Shown here: piece by piece, positions 7,905 to 17,154 of the stretch
Layout of the letters: every line of letters starts with the position of its first letter
How positions within the stretch are numbered: the stretch's first letter is position 1
Assembly: GCA_963823035.1 (NCBI GenBank)
Contig: CAWGKG010000015.1
Location: 32,001-96,000 of the forward strand
Length of the DNA stretch: 64,000 bases
Reading direction: 5' to 3'
Source of the DNA: an uncultured Gemmatimonadales bacterium
Lineage (GTDB): Bacteria > Gemmatimonadota > Gemmatimonadetes > Longimicrobiales > Gaopeijiaceae
Translations under genes and position numbers: made by a program
Notes under the pieces: generated by a model
Told to the model about the DNA's origin: nothing
Database searches by the model: none
Seen by the model: only the letters and a program-made list of their open reading frames with translations

Positions 7905-9377
7905 GTGCGGGCACAGCAGGCGCTTCTGGAACGGCCCGAGCTGAGTATCCGTGCCCGCATCGCCGTGGTGTTCGTGCTTCTCTTCCTCCTGTGCTCGGGG
8001 GGGACCGTGGCGGCAGTCGTCTTCCTGACCCGGTTCGAAGCCAAGATCCAGTTCCTGGAGGTCGCGGGAACGTACTCCTTCGAGATCGAGGAAGCCCGCC
8101 GCAACGAGAAGAACTACTTCCTCTACGGCACCGGCCTTCCCGAGGCCATGGCCAGCGCCAACCTGGCGCGGGACCAGTTGCAGCGGAGTGCGGACCCGAT
8201 GCGCAATGTGGCCGGCCCCGAGGGATATCGGTCCATGCAGGGCGCCCTCGACCGCTACGTGGGGCTCCTGGAGGAGTTGTCCCAGGCCGACGCCGCCGGC
8301 ACGGACGCCAGCCGGGCGGAGCGCGCGGCCGTGGAACCGCGCCTGCGCACGGAAGGCGCTCGCCTCATCAGCGAAGCCCAGGCCATGGTGGACCGTGAGC
8401 GCCTCGCCGTGGGGGCCATGCTCCGGACCTCCATGGTGGCCGCCGTCGGGTTCCTGAGCCTGATGCTGCTGGTCATGGTGCTGTTCGGTGGCTTCGTGAT
8501 CCGGGCCGTGGTCCGTCCACTGGATCGATTCGTGGACTACGTCGCGCGCATCGCGGACGGGGACTACACGCCCATCCGGCCGGCCAGGCGCTACCGCGAC
8601 GAATTCTCCCGACTGGCCATGGCGTTCAACCGCATGCTCGGCGAGATCCTCACCCGCCAGGAGCAGCTCGTGCAGTCCGGGAAGATGGCCGCGGTGGGAA
8701 CCCTCACCTCCGGCATCGCCCACGAGCTGAACAACCCGTTGAACAACATCGGCCTGACCGTGGAAGCGCTGTCCGAGGACTTCGACGGCTACACCGATGC
8801 CGACAAGCGGCGCATGCTCGACCAGATCTACACCCAGGTGGAGCGCGCCAGCAGCACGGTGAGGAACCTGCTGGACTTCACGCGCAAGGACCGCTCGGCG
8901 TTCACCGCGCTCGACGTCTCGGACGCGGTCCGCTCCGCCGTGCGCCTCGTGAGCAACGAGGCCATGCTCGCCGGCGTTGGATGGACCGTCGATCTGAACG
9001 GAAACCTGCCCCCGGTCCGTGCCAATCCGAACGACCTGCAACAGGTCTTCATCAACCTGTTCCTCAACGCCATCCAGGCGATGGCCACGGGAGGAGAGTT
9101 GAGCATCGTCGCGCATCCGGACGCGGAGGGCTTCGTTCGCGTCGACGTCTCCGACACCGGCGTCGGGATCCCGGCGGAGCACCTCGAGGAGGTGTTCGAT
9201 CCCTTCTTCACGACCAAGCAGCCCGGAGAGGGCACCGGGCTGGGGTTGTCGGTGAGTCACAGCATTGTCGAAAAGCACGGAGGCCGGATCGTCGTGGAAA
9301 GCGAACCCGGTAGAGGAACCACCTTCTCGGTCTTCCTGCCCACGGTAGTGGGCGCACCAGGACCGAGGGCACCCTGA
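7905..9377 (+). CDS. Membrane sensor histidine kinase (HAMP); start uncertain
   Basis: Two TMs, HAMP, H-box GIAHELNNPL, N-box QVFINLFLNA, DTGVG, FDPFFTTK, GTGLGL. Confidence 0.93.
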   Translation: MRAQQALLERPELSIRARIAVVFVLLFLLCSGGTVAAVVFLTRFEAKIQFLEVAGTYSFEIEEARRNEKNYFLYGTGLPEAMASANLARDQLQRSADPMRNVAGPEGYRSMQGALDRYVGLLEELSQADAAGTDASRAERAAVEPRLRTEGARLISEAQAMVDRERLAVGAMLRTSMVAAVGFLSLMLLVMVLFGGFVIRAVVRPLDRFVDYVARIADGDYTPIRPARRYRDEFSRLAMAFNRMLGEILTRQEQLVQSGKMAAVGTLTSGIAHELNNPLNNIGLTVEALSEDFDGYTDADKRRMLDQIYTQVERASSTVRNLLDFTRKDRSAFTALDVSDAVRSAVRLVSNEAMLAGVGWTVDLNGNLPPVRANPNDLQQVFINLFLNAIQAMATGGELSIVAHPDAEGFVRVDVSDTGVGIPAEHLEEVFDPFFTTKQPGEGTGLGLSVSHSIVEKHGGRIVVESEPGRGTTFSVFLPTVVGAPGPRAP

Positions 9378-9378
9378 C

Positions 9379-10302
9379 ATGCATTTCTCCGTCTATCTGC
9401 CCGTGGCCGGAAGCTCGGTGAGCGTCTTCCTGCTTCTCGGTCTGGGCGGTCTGGTAGGCCTCCTGTCGGGTCTGTTCGGCGTCGGTGGCGGCTTTCTGAT
9501 GACGCCGCTGCTGATCATGATCGGGATCCCCCCCACCATCGCTGCGGCGTCCGACTCCAACCAGATCGTCGCCGCGTCGTCGTCCGGGACCTACGCGCAC
9601 GCGCGGGCCGGATCGGTGGATTTCAAGATGGGGTTCCTGCTCCTCTTCGGCGGCATCGCGGGGGGCTCGGTGGGCGTCGTCCTCATCAGGCTGCTGAGAG
9701 CCCTGGGCAACGCGGACTTCGTCATCACCTTGACCTACGTGCTCATGCTCGGTGGCATCGGCGCCTACATGTTCGCAGAGAGCCTGCGCGGCATGCGCGT
9801 CTCGGACCGCGTCCGGCAGGAGGAGGCACGGCCGTCCGTCTATGCACGGCTGGTGGGGAGACTTCCGTGGAAGCTCCGGTTCGAGCGGTCACGTGTCGAG
9901 CTCTCGGTCCTCATGCCCCTGTTCCTGGGTTTCCTCGTGGGGACGCTGGCGGCGATCATGGGCGTGGGCGGAGGCTTCATCATGGTCCCCGTGATGGTGT
10001 ACCTCCTGCGCATGCCGATGCACGTCGTCGTGGGCACCAGCCTGTTCCAGATTCTCTTCACCTGCGTGAACGTCACGGTCCTGCAGGCGACCCTCAACCG
10101 GACCGTGGACTTCGTCCTCGCGCTCTTCCTGCTCATCGGCTCCGTGGTGGGGGCCCAGATCGGCGCCCAGCTGAGCAAGCGACTGAAGGCGGATCAGCTC
10201 AAGGTCCTCATGGCCGTCATCGTGCTGGCGGTCACGGCGAAGATGCTCCTCGGTCTGCTGGTCACGCCCGCGTTCCTTCTCGGCTACGGGGGAGGTCGAT
10301 GA
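9379..10302 (+). CDS. Sulfite exporter TauE/SafE family protein
   Basis: GLFGVGGGFLMTP, GVGGGFIMVP and VVGTSLFQI motifs. Confidence 0.92.
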   Translation: MHFSVYLPVAGSSVSVFLLLGLGGLVGLLSGLFGVGGGFLMTPLLIMIGIPPTIAAASDSNQIVAASSSGTYAHARAGSVDFKMGFLLLFGGIAGGSVGVVLIRLLRALGNADFVITLTYVLMLGGIGAYMFAESLRGMRVSDRVRQEEARPSVYARLVGRLPWKLRFERSRVELSVLMPLFLGFLVGTLAAIMGVGGGFIMVPVMVYLLRMPMHVVVGTSLFQILFTCVNVTVLQATLNRTVDFVLALFLLIGSVVGAQIGAQLSKRLKADQLKVLMAVIVLAVTAKMLLGLLVTPAFLLGYGGGR

Positions 10303-11072
10303 TGCCTCGGTCGTCTCGCGCGCTTCTTCCCGGCCTCGCGGTTGCCGCCGCCGCTTTCGTGCCGTCCCCACGGCAAAGCGCCCCGGTGACCATCGAGCCC
10401 GCGCAGGTCGAGATGACGATGCTGTTCACCGGAAGCCGTGTCCACGTGGGCGCTCCCGTGGCGAGGGGCGCTCAGGTGGCCGTCGTCCTGGAGGGCACGC
10501 CTCGGACCCTCGCCCTCAAACGCAAGGGCAAGGTCCTGGGGTTCATCTGGATGAACGTCGGCGACGTGGTCTTCGAGGCGGTGCCCGACGTGTACCTCCT
10601 GCGCACCACGTGCCCGCTGGCGGCGCTGGCCGAGCGCAGCGTCAGGGAGCGACTCGGCGTGGGCCTCGACGCGCTCGGTGCACTTCCGGAGAACGCGGGC
10701 GTGGACCGCTCGCTCTTCGACGAGCTCGTCAGGCTCAAGTGGAGAGACGGCTTGTGGAACGTCTCGGAGGCCACCGTGACCGTACGGCCGAACGAGATCG
10801 ACGGGAACGACCTCGCCGACACCGACTTCTTCCTCCCGGCCCGGACTCCTCCGGGCGAGTACCGGATTCGCGTGTTCGCGTTCGTCGAGGGGAAGGCCGA
10901 GCTCGCGGGTGAAGGCCGGCTTCGCGTCGCGCAGGCCGGCGGAGCGGCGTTCATCTCCGACCTGGCGGAGCGCCATGGCCTGCTCTACGGCATCCTCGCC
11001 GTGGTGGTCGCCGGTGCGGCCGGCCTCCTCACGGGCGTCGTGTTCGGCCTCGGCTCGAAGAAGGGACACTGA
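10299..11072 (+). CDS. TIGR02186-like protein (signal peptide, C-terminal TM anchor; TauE partner)
   Basis: RKGKVLGFIWMN motif and C-terminal LLYGILAVVVA helix; coupled to TauE. Confidence 0.75.
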   Translation: MMPRSSRALLPGLAVAAAAFVPSPRQSAPVTIEPAQVEMTMLFTGSRVHVGAPVARGAQVAVVLEGTPRTLALKRKGKVLGFIWMNVGDVVFEAVPDVYLLRTTCPLAALAERSVRERLGVGLDALGALPENAGVDRSLFDELVRLKWRDGLWNVSEATVTVRPNEIDGNDLADTDFFLPARTPPGEYRIRVFAFVEGKAELAGEGRLRVAQAGGAAFISDLAERHGLLYGILAVVVAGAAGLLTGVVFGLGSKKGH

Positions 11073-11074
11073 CG

Positions 11075-13685
11075 ATGCCCATGGTTCAGGCGCTCCGGTC
11101 CGTCTTCACGCGCAGACAGAGCGCCACGGTGGAACAGCTCCGCGAGAAGCTCAGCCGCTTCCGGGACCTGGTGGAGCAGAACGACCGCGTGCTGGAGCTC
11201 ATCGCCGACGCGGGTGAGAAGCTCGGGGGTGAGTACGTTTTCGACAGCAAGTACCTCACGGACCTCGCGCAGCAGCTCCGCGAGGCGGTCCACGCCGTCG
11301 TGGCGGACCTGAACGCCATCTCCCACGGTCGGTATCCGGAGCTCGTGGAGGCGCTGGCGGAGATCGACGCAGCCGTCGAGGCCGCCCTCGAGTGCCGGCT
11401 CGTCGTGCCCGACACGCCGTACGTCCTCCCCCTCGCCGACGTGGGCATGGACCACATGGAGGCGGTGGGCGCGAAGATGGCTCGGCTGGGCGAGGTGCGC
11501 AGCCGCCTCGGCTGTCGGGTGCCGGACGGCTTCGTCGTCACCACGAACGCGTGTCGCCGGTTCCTGGAGGCCGCGGGTGTGGCCGAGCTCGTGGAGGGCT
11601 CTTCGTGCCGGCTACGCCGAAGGGGCGGACGGGCTGGAGGACCAGGCGCGGCGCATCCAGCGAGAGATCCTCGCCGCTCCCGTGCCCCCGGAGCTCTCCC
11701 GGGCGATCCGACGGGAGGTGGCGCGGCTCCCGAGGCCGGGGGAGAAGGACGTGCTCTTCGCGGTGCGCTCGAGCGGCGCCGAGGAGGACGGGGAGCTCAG
11801 CTTCGCCGGTCAGTACGAGACGCTCCTCGGCGTACCGCCGGAGGGCGTGTGCGCGGCATACCGCGAGGTTGTGGCGAGCCTCTACTCGCCCGGCGTTCTC
11901 CGCTACTGCCGGCAGCACCACCTCGTGCCCGGCTGCGGCCTCATGGCCGTGGGCGTGCTGCGTATGGTTCCGGCCAGGGCCAGCGGGGTGGTCTACAGCG
12001 TGGACCCCGTGGCACCGGAGAGGAACGTGCTGCTGGTGTCCGCCGCGAGGGGACTCGGAAGGCTGGTGGTGGAGGGGGGCGACCCGGTGGACCGTCTCGA
12101 GGTCTCTCGGGATCGGGGCCACGAGGTGGTGGCGGCGCACGTCGCGAGGAAGGAGCGGATGTTCGTCGCCGTGGCCGGACGGGGGACCGTCGCGCAGCCC
12201 GTGCCGGAAGAAGACCGCGCGAGCCCGACCCTCGCCCCGTGGGAGACGGCCGAGCTGTGCAGGACCGCGTGCCGCATCGAGCAGTACATGCGCGCGGCAC
12301 AGGACATCGAGTGGGCCATCGACCGCGCGGGCGGACTCTATGTGCTCCAGGCTCGACCCTTGCGCGTGCGCAGCGTAGCGAGGCCGCCGGACCGCGACCT
12401 CACCGAAGCGGTGGCACGGTACCCGGTTCTCCTGCGTGGGAAGGGCGAGGTCGCGTGCAGGGGAATCGGAAGCGGGCGCGTGCACGTCGTTTCCGATCCG
12501 GACGCCCTTCCCGAGGACATCCCCAGGGGCGCGGTCCTGGTGGCGCGGGCCGCGACCCCGCGGCTCGGCGGCCTGCTGGCGGGCGTGAGCGCCGTGATCA
12601 CCGATCTCGGTAGCGCCACCGGGCACTTCGCGGCGGTGGCGAGGGATCTCCGCGTGCCCACGATCGTCGACACCGGGCTCGCCACCCGCGTCCTGGAGGA
12701 AGGCGCCGAGGTCACCGTGGACGCCGAGGACAACGTCGTCTACAGCGGTCGCGTGGAAGAGCTGCTTCGCTACCAGCTCCTGGACAGGTCCTCGTTCGAG
12801 AGCGCGGCGGAGTTCCGGGTGCTGCGCCGCATGTTGCGCTGGATCGCCCCCCTGCGTCTTCGGGACCCCAGCAGCCCCGAGTTCTCCGCGCGGCGCTGCA
12901 CGACGTACCACGACGTGATCCGCTTCGCGCACGAGAAGGCGATCGCCGAGCTCACCGAGATCGGATGGGTGAAGACGTCGCGCAACGTTCCCTACGTGCG
13001 ACGCCTCGAGCTTCCGGTTCCCCTGGACCTCGTGCTCATCGACCTGGGCGGAGGGTTCGACGTGGACGCGGAGAACCCCGTGGCCACACCCGCCGACGTC
13101 ACGTGCAGGCCCCTGCGGCCCCTGCTGGAGGAGCTCACGGCCGGTGGCGCGTGGGAGACCACGCCCGCCAGCATGGACCTGGACGGCTTCATGTCCAGCG
13201 CGACGAGGTCGATGTCGTTCACGGGGATGCTGTCCGCACGGCCCGAGCAGAACCTGGCCATCGTCTCGGGAACGTATCTGCACCTGAGCCTGCGCCTGGG
13301 CTACCACTTCAACATCGTGGACACCTACCTCGGCGACGCGACGGCCGACAACTACATCTACTTCCGGTTCGCGGGAGGCGTCACCGAGCTGGCGCGCAGG
13401 TCGCGCCGGGCGACGCTCTTGAGGCGGATCCTCGAGGGCCACGGCTTCGTGACGGAGGGGCACGGCGATCTGGTGGTGGGGCGCATCAAGGGACTCGGCA
13501 CCGAGGCGATGGTGGAGCGGCTCCGCGTAGTCGGCCGGCTCATCGGGTTCACCCGGCAGCTCGACATCCACCTCAAGAGCGACCGCGCGGTGGACGAGTA
13601 CGTGGAGCGATTCATGAGTGGCCCCTGCCCCGACGAGGGTCGCGACATGCCCGTGCGCCCGACGACAACGGAGGAGGAAGCATGA
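11075..13685 (+). CDS. PEP synthase/PPDK-like protein: nucleotide-binding and His-carrier domains, no pyruvate barrel (frameshift near 11600)
   Basis: VGAKMARLGE and VPDGFVVT in frame 1; AVRSSG.EED...SFAGQYET, DIEWA, LQARP and TDLGSATGHFAAVAR in frame 2. Confidence 0.85.
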
Positions 13686-14080
13686 GCAGCCCCATCGAGA
13701 TCCTGGTGCTGGACGACGAGCCCCTGGTCTGCGAGCGCCTCAAGGAGCACCTGGAGAAGAAGGCCCACCGGGTGGAGGTGTTCACCGAGAGTCGGAAGGC
13801 CGTCGACCGCCTGGTGGAGAAGCGGTTCGACGTCGTGATCACCGACCTGAAGATGGAAGGCCCGAACGGCCTGGAGGTGCTGCGCTTCGTCCGGGACCGG
13901 AGCTTCGGTACCCAGGTGATCATCATCACCGGCTACGGCTCCATGGACGCCGCGCGCGAGGCCGAGTACAGCGGCGCCTACGGCTTCATCCACAAGCCGT
14001 TCAGCGCGAAGGCGCTCGAGGCCATGGTCCGGAAGGCGGCGCGTGACGCCGAGAAGCTGATGGAGCGGACCGACCGATGA
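13682..14080 (+). CDS. Single-domain response regulator (receiver only)
   Basis: ILVLDDE, VITDLKM, IITGYG, KPF; GGAGGAGG RBS. Confidence 0.93.
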   Translation: MSSPIEILVLDDEPLVCERLKEHLEKKAHRVEVFTESRKAVDRLVEKRFDVVITDLKMEGPNGLEVLRFVRDRSFGTQVIIITGYGSMDAAREAEYSGAYGFIHKPFSAKALEAMVRKAARDAEKLMERTDR

Positions 14081-14472
14081 AACCGACCCGGAAGAAGGTG
14101 CTCCTCCTCGACGACGAGCCCATCGTCTGCGAGCGTCTCAAGCCGGCGCTCGAGAAGATCGGGTTCTACGTCGAGTCCTACACCGAGGGGCAGAAGGTCG
14201 TGGACCGGGTCATGGAGGAGAGCTTCGACGTCCTCGTCACCGACCTGAAGATGCAGAAGCCCGACGGGCTCGAGGTGATGGACTTCGTCCATCGGCACTC
14301 TCCCGCCACGAAGGTGATCATCATCACCGGTTTCGCCACGGTGGACACCGCCGTGGAGACCATGAAGGGCGGCGCGGTGGACTTCATCGCGAAGCCCTTC
14401 AAGATCCGCGCGCTGTGCGACCTGATCGTGAAGCTGACCTCCGCGGAAGCGAGCGCGGGCACCGGGTCCTAG
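14077..14472 (+). CDS. Single-domain response regulator (receiver only)
   Basis: LLLDDE, VTDLKM, IITGFA, AKPF. Confidence 0.93.
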   Translation: MKPTRKKVLLLDDEPIVCERLKPALEKIGFYVESYTEGQKVVDRVMEESFDVLVTDLKMQKPDGLEVMDFVHRHSPATKVIIITGFATVDTAVETMKGGAVDFIAKPFKIRALCDLIVKLTSAEASAGTGS

Positions 14473-14482
14473 TCGGCGACGC

Positions 14483-15295
14483 TCAGACCGTGAGCTCCGG
14501 CGCTCCCAGGTTCTCGCGGTCGACCCGCTCGACGCCGTCGACGCCCCCGGCGACCTCGAGGACCGGCTCCACCAGCGACGCGGGCCGGAGACGGCCCCTC
14601 AGGTAGACGACGCCACCGCTGGCCGTGACACCCACCTCTGCGGAGGACGTGCGTCCGTCCGCTGCGAGCGCCGCCCTCACCCTGCTGGCGAGGAGCAGGT
14701 CGGCCATCGCCTCGCGGCTCTCCGGAGTGGGTTGGAATCGGGGAGAGAGGGACAGGGCCGCGCACACCTCCACCGCGTCCTCCACGTCCATGGTCCGGAG
14801 GTTGATGCTCAGGTCGTAGAGGTGGGGGTCCAGCCAGTCCACGCCGTACAGGAAGCGGGTCCACTTCTCGCGCTGCCGATCCACCATCCGGCAGTGGTCC
14901 ACCGCGTCCGCCTCGCTCATGCCCGTGCGCTCCCGGAGCATGCGCACGCGGAAGTCCATGGGTGCGATCAGGCGCACGCAGAGGACGTGGGAGATCCCCG
15001 GGAGCAGGAGGTGGCCGGCGTTTCCGTGATAGACGACGCGTCCCGCCCGGACGCGTTGGCAGAGGGCAGCCTGCACGAAGGCCAGATAGCGCCGGCGCTC
15101 GTGATGGAAGCGGTCCCACAGTCGAGGAGGCTCGAGGAGCGCCCGCTGGAGGTCGACCTCCGGTGCGCCGAAGGCCGCCGCCTCGTGCACCGTCTGCTCG
15201 CGGCTCACGACCTCGAATCCGAGGCGCTCCGCCAGACGCTCGGCCAGCTCCTGCCCGCCGCTTCCGGAGCCTCGCGATATGGTGATGATGGACAT
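14483..15295 (-). CDS. Cytidylate kinase-like family protein with C-terminal BON domain
   Basis: SIITISRGSGSGG, VVYHGNAG, YDLSINL; BON-like VRAALAAD...VGVTASGGVVYLRG...VDGVERV. Confidence 0.85.
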   Translation of the reverse strand: MSIITISRGSGSGGQELAERLAERLGFEVVSREQTVHEAAAFGAPEVDLQRALLEPPRLWDRFHHERRRYLAFVQAALCQRVRAGRVVYHGNAGHLLLPGISHVLCVRLIAPMDFRVRMLRERTGMSEADAVDHCRMVDRQREKWTRFLYGVDWLDPHLYDLSINLRTMDVEDAVEVCAALSLSPRFQPTPESREAMADLLLASRVRAALAADGRTSSAEVGVTASGGVVYLRGRLRPASLVEPVLEVAGGVDGVERVDRENLGAPELTV

Positions 15296-15385
15296 GGTCG
15301 ACGAACCCGCCGTGCCTACTGTGCGTTCCGTTCTCGTCAATCTAACGAACGATCGTCGTCCGGGGACAGCGCGTCCCCCGCCCGC

Positions 15386-15667
15386 TCAGTCCTCCAGGAG
15401 GGGCGGGCTCTTGGTGTCGGTCACACCGAGCGCCACCCCCGTGCCCACGCCGAGACCGGCCGCGATCGCGGTGCCCGCACCGACGATCGGGAGCACGGCG
15501 ACGATGGGCGCGGCGAGAACGGCGGTGGCCACGCCCGCCCACACCCCCAGCATGGGCTTCTCCACGAGGTTCGTGTAGCGGAGCCGCCTGCGCACGAAGT
15601 CCCTGGACGTGATGTGGCCGGCCACCCCTGCGACACCGGCGATCCCTGCGGCGATGAGCCCGAACAT
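15386..15667 (-). CDS. Small hydrophobic hypothetical protein
   Basis: 93-aa Gly/Ala-rich ORF with RBS and GC3-rich codons. Confidence 0.65.
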   Translation of the reverse strand: MFGLIAAGIAGVAGVAGHITSRDFVRRRLRYTNLVEKPMLGVWAGVATAVLAAPIVAVLPIVGAGTAIAAGLGVGTGVALGVTDTKSPPLLED

Positions 15668-15795
15668 GGTGTCCCCCAGCGGTCGAGTCGTCTACCTGTC
15701 TCCATCCTTACGAATCCGCGAGCCATCGTGTTCCGGCGAGGGCCGTCGAGCCCCCTCGCCAGGCGACGCGCGCCCCGTTCCCGTCGCCGGCGCGC

Positions 15796-17154
15796 TCACT
15801 CCAGCACGACGGTGCGGCCGTCCTCCGCCACGCGGATCCGCGACCCGAGACGTCGCTCGGCCGCGCGGCGCAGCGCCTCGGCGGCCTCGGGCTCCCCGTG
15901 CACGAGCCAGACCCCGCGGGGCTTCGCGGGGAGGGCCTCCAGCCAGTCGAGAAGCTCGCTCTGGTCGGCGTGGGCGGACAGGCCGTCCATCTGTGTGACC
16001 TCCGCGCGAATGGGAACGTTGCGACCGTGGATCTTGAGGTGCTTCGCGCCGCCCAGGAGCGAGGAACCGCGCGTGCCCGCCGCCTGATAGCCGGTGAGCA
16101 GGATCGTGTTGCGGTGGTCGGGCGCGAACGTGCCGAGGTGATGGACGATGCGGCCGCCCGAGAGCATCCCGGCGCCGGCGATCAGGACCATCGGACCGGT
16201 GCGCCGGTTCAGCGCCTTCGACTCCTCCGCCGTTCGCGTGTACTCGGCGACCCCGAAGGCCTCCGCCACCGCGTCCGCCGTCAGCCGGTGGAAGGCGTCG
16301 AACTCGAGGTAGAGGTCGGTGACGTCGATCGCCATCGGGCTGTTCAGGTACACCGGGACGCGCGGCACCCCTCCGCCCGCGAAGAGCCGGGAGAGCACGT
16401 ACAGGATGAGCTGCGCTCGACCCACGGCGAAGGCGGGCACCATGAGCACCCCGCCCCGACGCACCGTGCGGCGCAGCACCAGGCCCAGCGCCGCCTCGGG
16501 ATCGATGGTCGGGTGCTCGCGTCCTCCGTAGGTGGATTCCATCACCACGAAGTCGGCGCCGGGCGGCGGCTCCGGCGCCGGGATGAGGAGGTCGTGGGGG
16601 CGTCCGACGTCCCCGCTGAAGACGATCGATCCGTCCCCGGTGCGCACGTGCACGGACGCGGCCCCCAGGATGTGCCCTCCCATCGTCCAGGTGACGGTGG
16701 CACCGTCCACCTCCACGGGCACGCCCAGCGGCACCGGCCGCAACTGCTCGACCACACGGAGGGCCTCCTCCTTGGTGTAGAGGGGCTCCGCCGGCCGGTG
16801 ACGCGAGTAGCCCTTCTTGTTCGCGTAGCGGGCATCCTCTTCCTGGAGGTGGCCGGAGTCCGCGAGGAGGATCCGCGCGAGACGTTCGGTGGGCTCCGTG
16901 CAGTAGATCGGCCCCTCGTATCCCTTCTTCACCAGCACGGGAAGGAGTCCCGTGTGGTCGAGGTGGGCATGGGTGAGGAGCACGCCGTCGAGGGAAGCCG
17001 GATCGAACGGGAAGGGCTCCCGGTTGCGCAGGCGCAGGTTCTTGAGCCCCTGGAAGAGGCCGCAGTCGACGAGGAATCGTCGGGTGCCCGCGGTGAGAAG
17101 GTGGCGCGAGCCGGTGACCGTACCGGCTGCGCCGAGGAACGACAACGTCATCAT
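15796..17154 (-). CDS. MBL-fold beta-CASP hydrolase (putative RNase)
   Basis: GAAGTVTGS, THAHLDH, GHILG, SGD, ESTYG, SAHAD, VHGE. Confidence 0.92.
   Translation of the reverse strand: MMTLSFLGAAGTVTGSRHLLTAGTRRFLVDCGLFQGLKNLRLRNREPFPFDPASLDGVLLTHAHLDHTGLLPVLVKKGYEGPIYCTEPTERLARILLADSGHLQEEDARYANKKGYSRHRPAEPLYTKEEALRVVEQLRPVPLGVPVEVDGATVTWTMGGHILGAASVHVRTGDGSIVFSGDVGRPHDLLIPAPEPPPGADFVVMESTYGGREHPTIDPEAALGLVLRRTVRRGGVLMVPAFAVGRAQLILYVLSRLFAGGGVPRVPVYLNSPMAIDVTDLYLEFDAFHRLTADAVAEAFGVAEYTRTAEESKALNRRTGPMVLIAGAGMLSGGRIVHHLGTFAPDHRNTILLTGYQAAGTRGSSLLGGAKHLKIHGRNVPIRAEVTQMDGLSAHADQSELLDWLEALPAKPRGVWLVHGEPEAAEALRRAAERRLGSRIRVAEDGRTVVLE

Noticed and set aside
15327..15352. Fourth Rex box upstream of the last CMP-kinase-like gene (TCGTCAATCTAACGA)
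   Set aside because: Arm spacing is 3 nt too short and the GTGA/TCAC core is absent.
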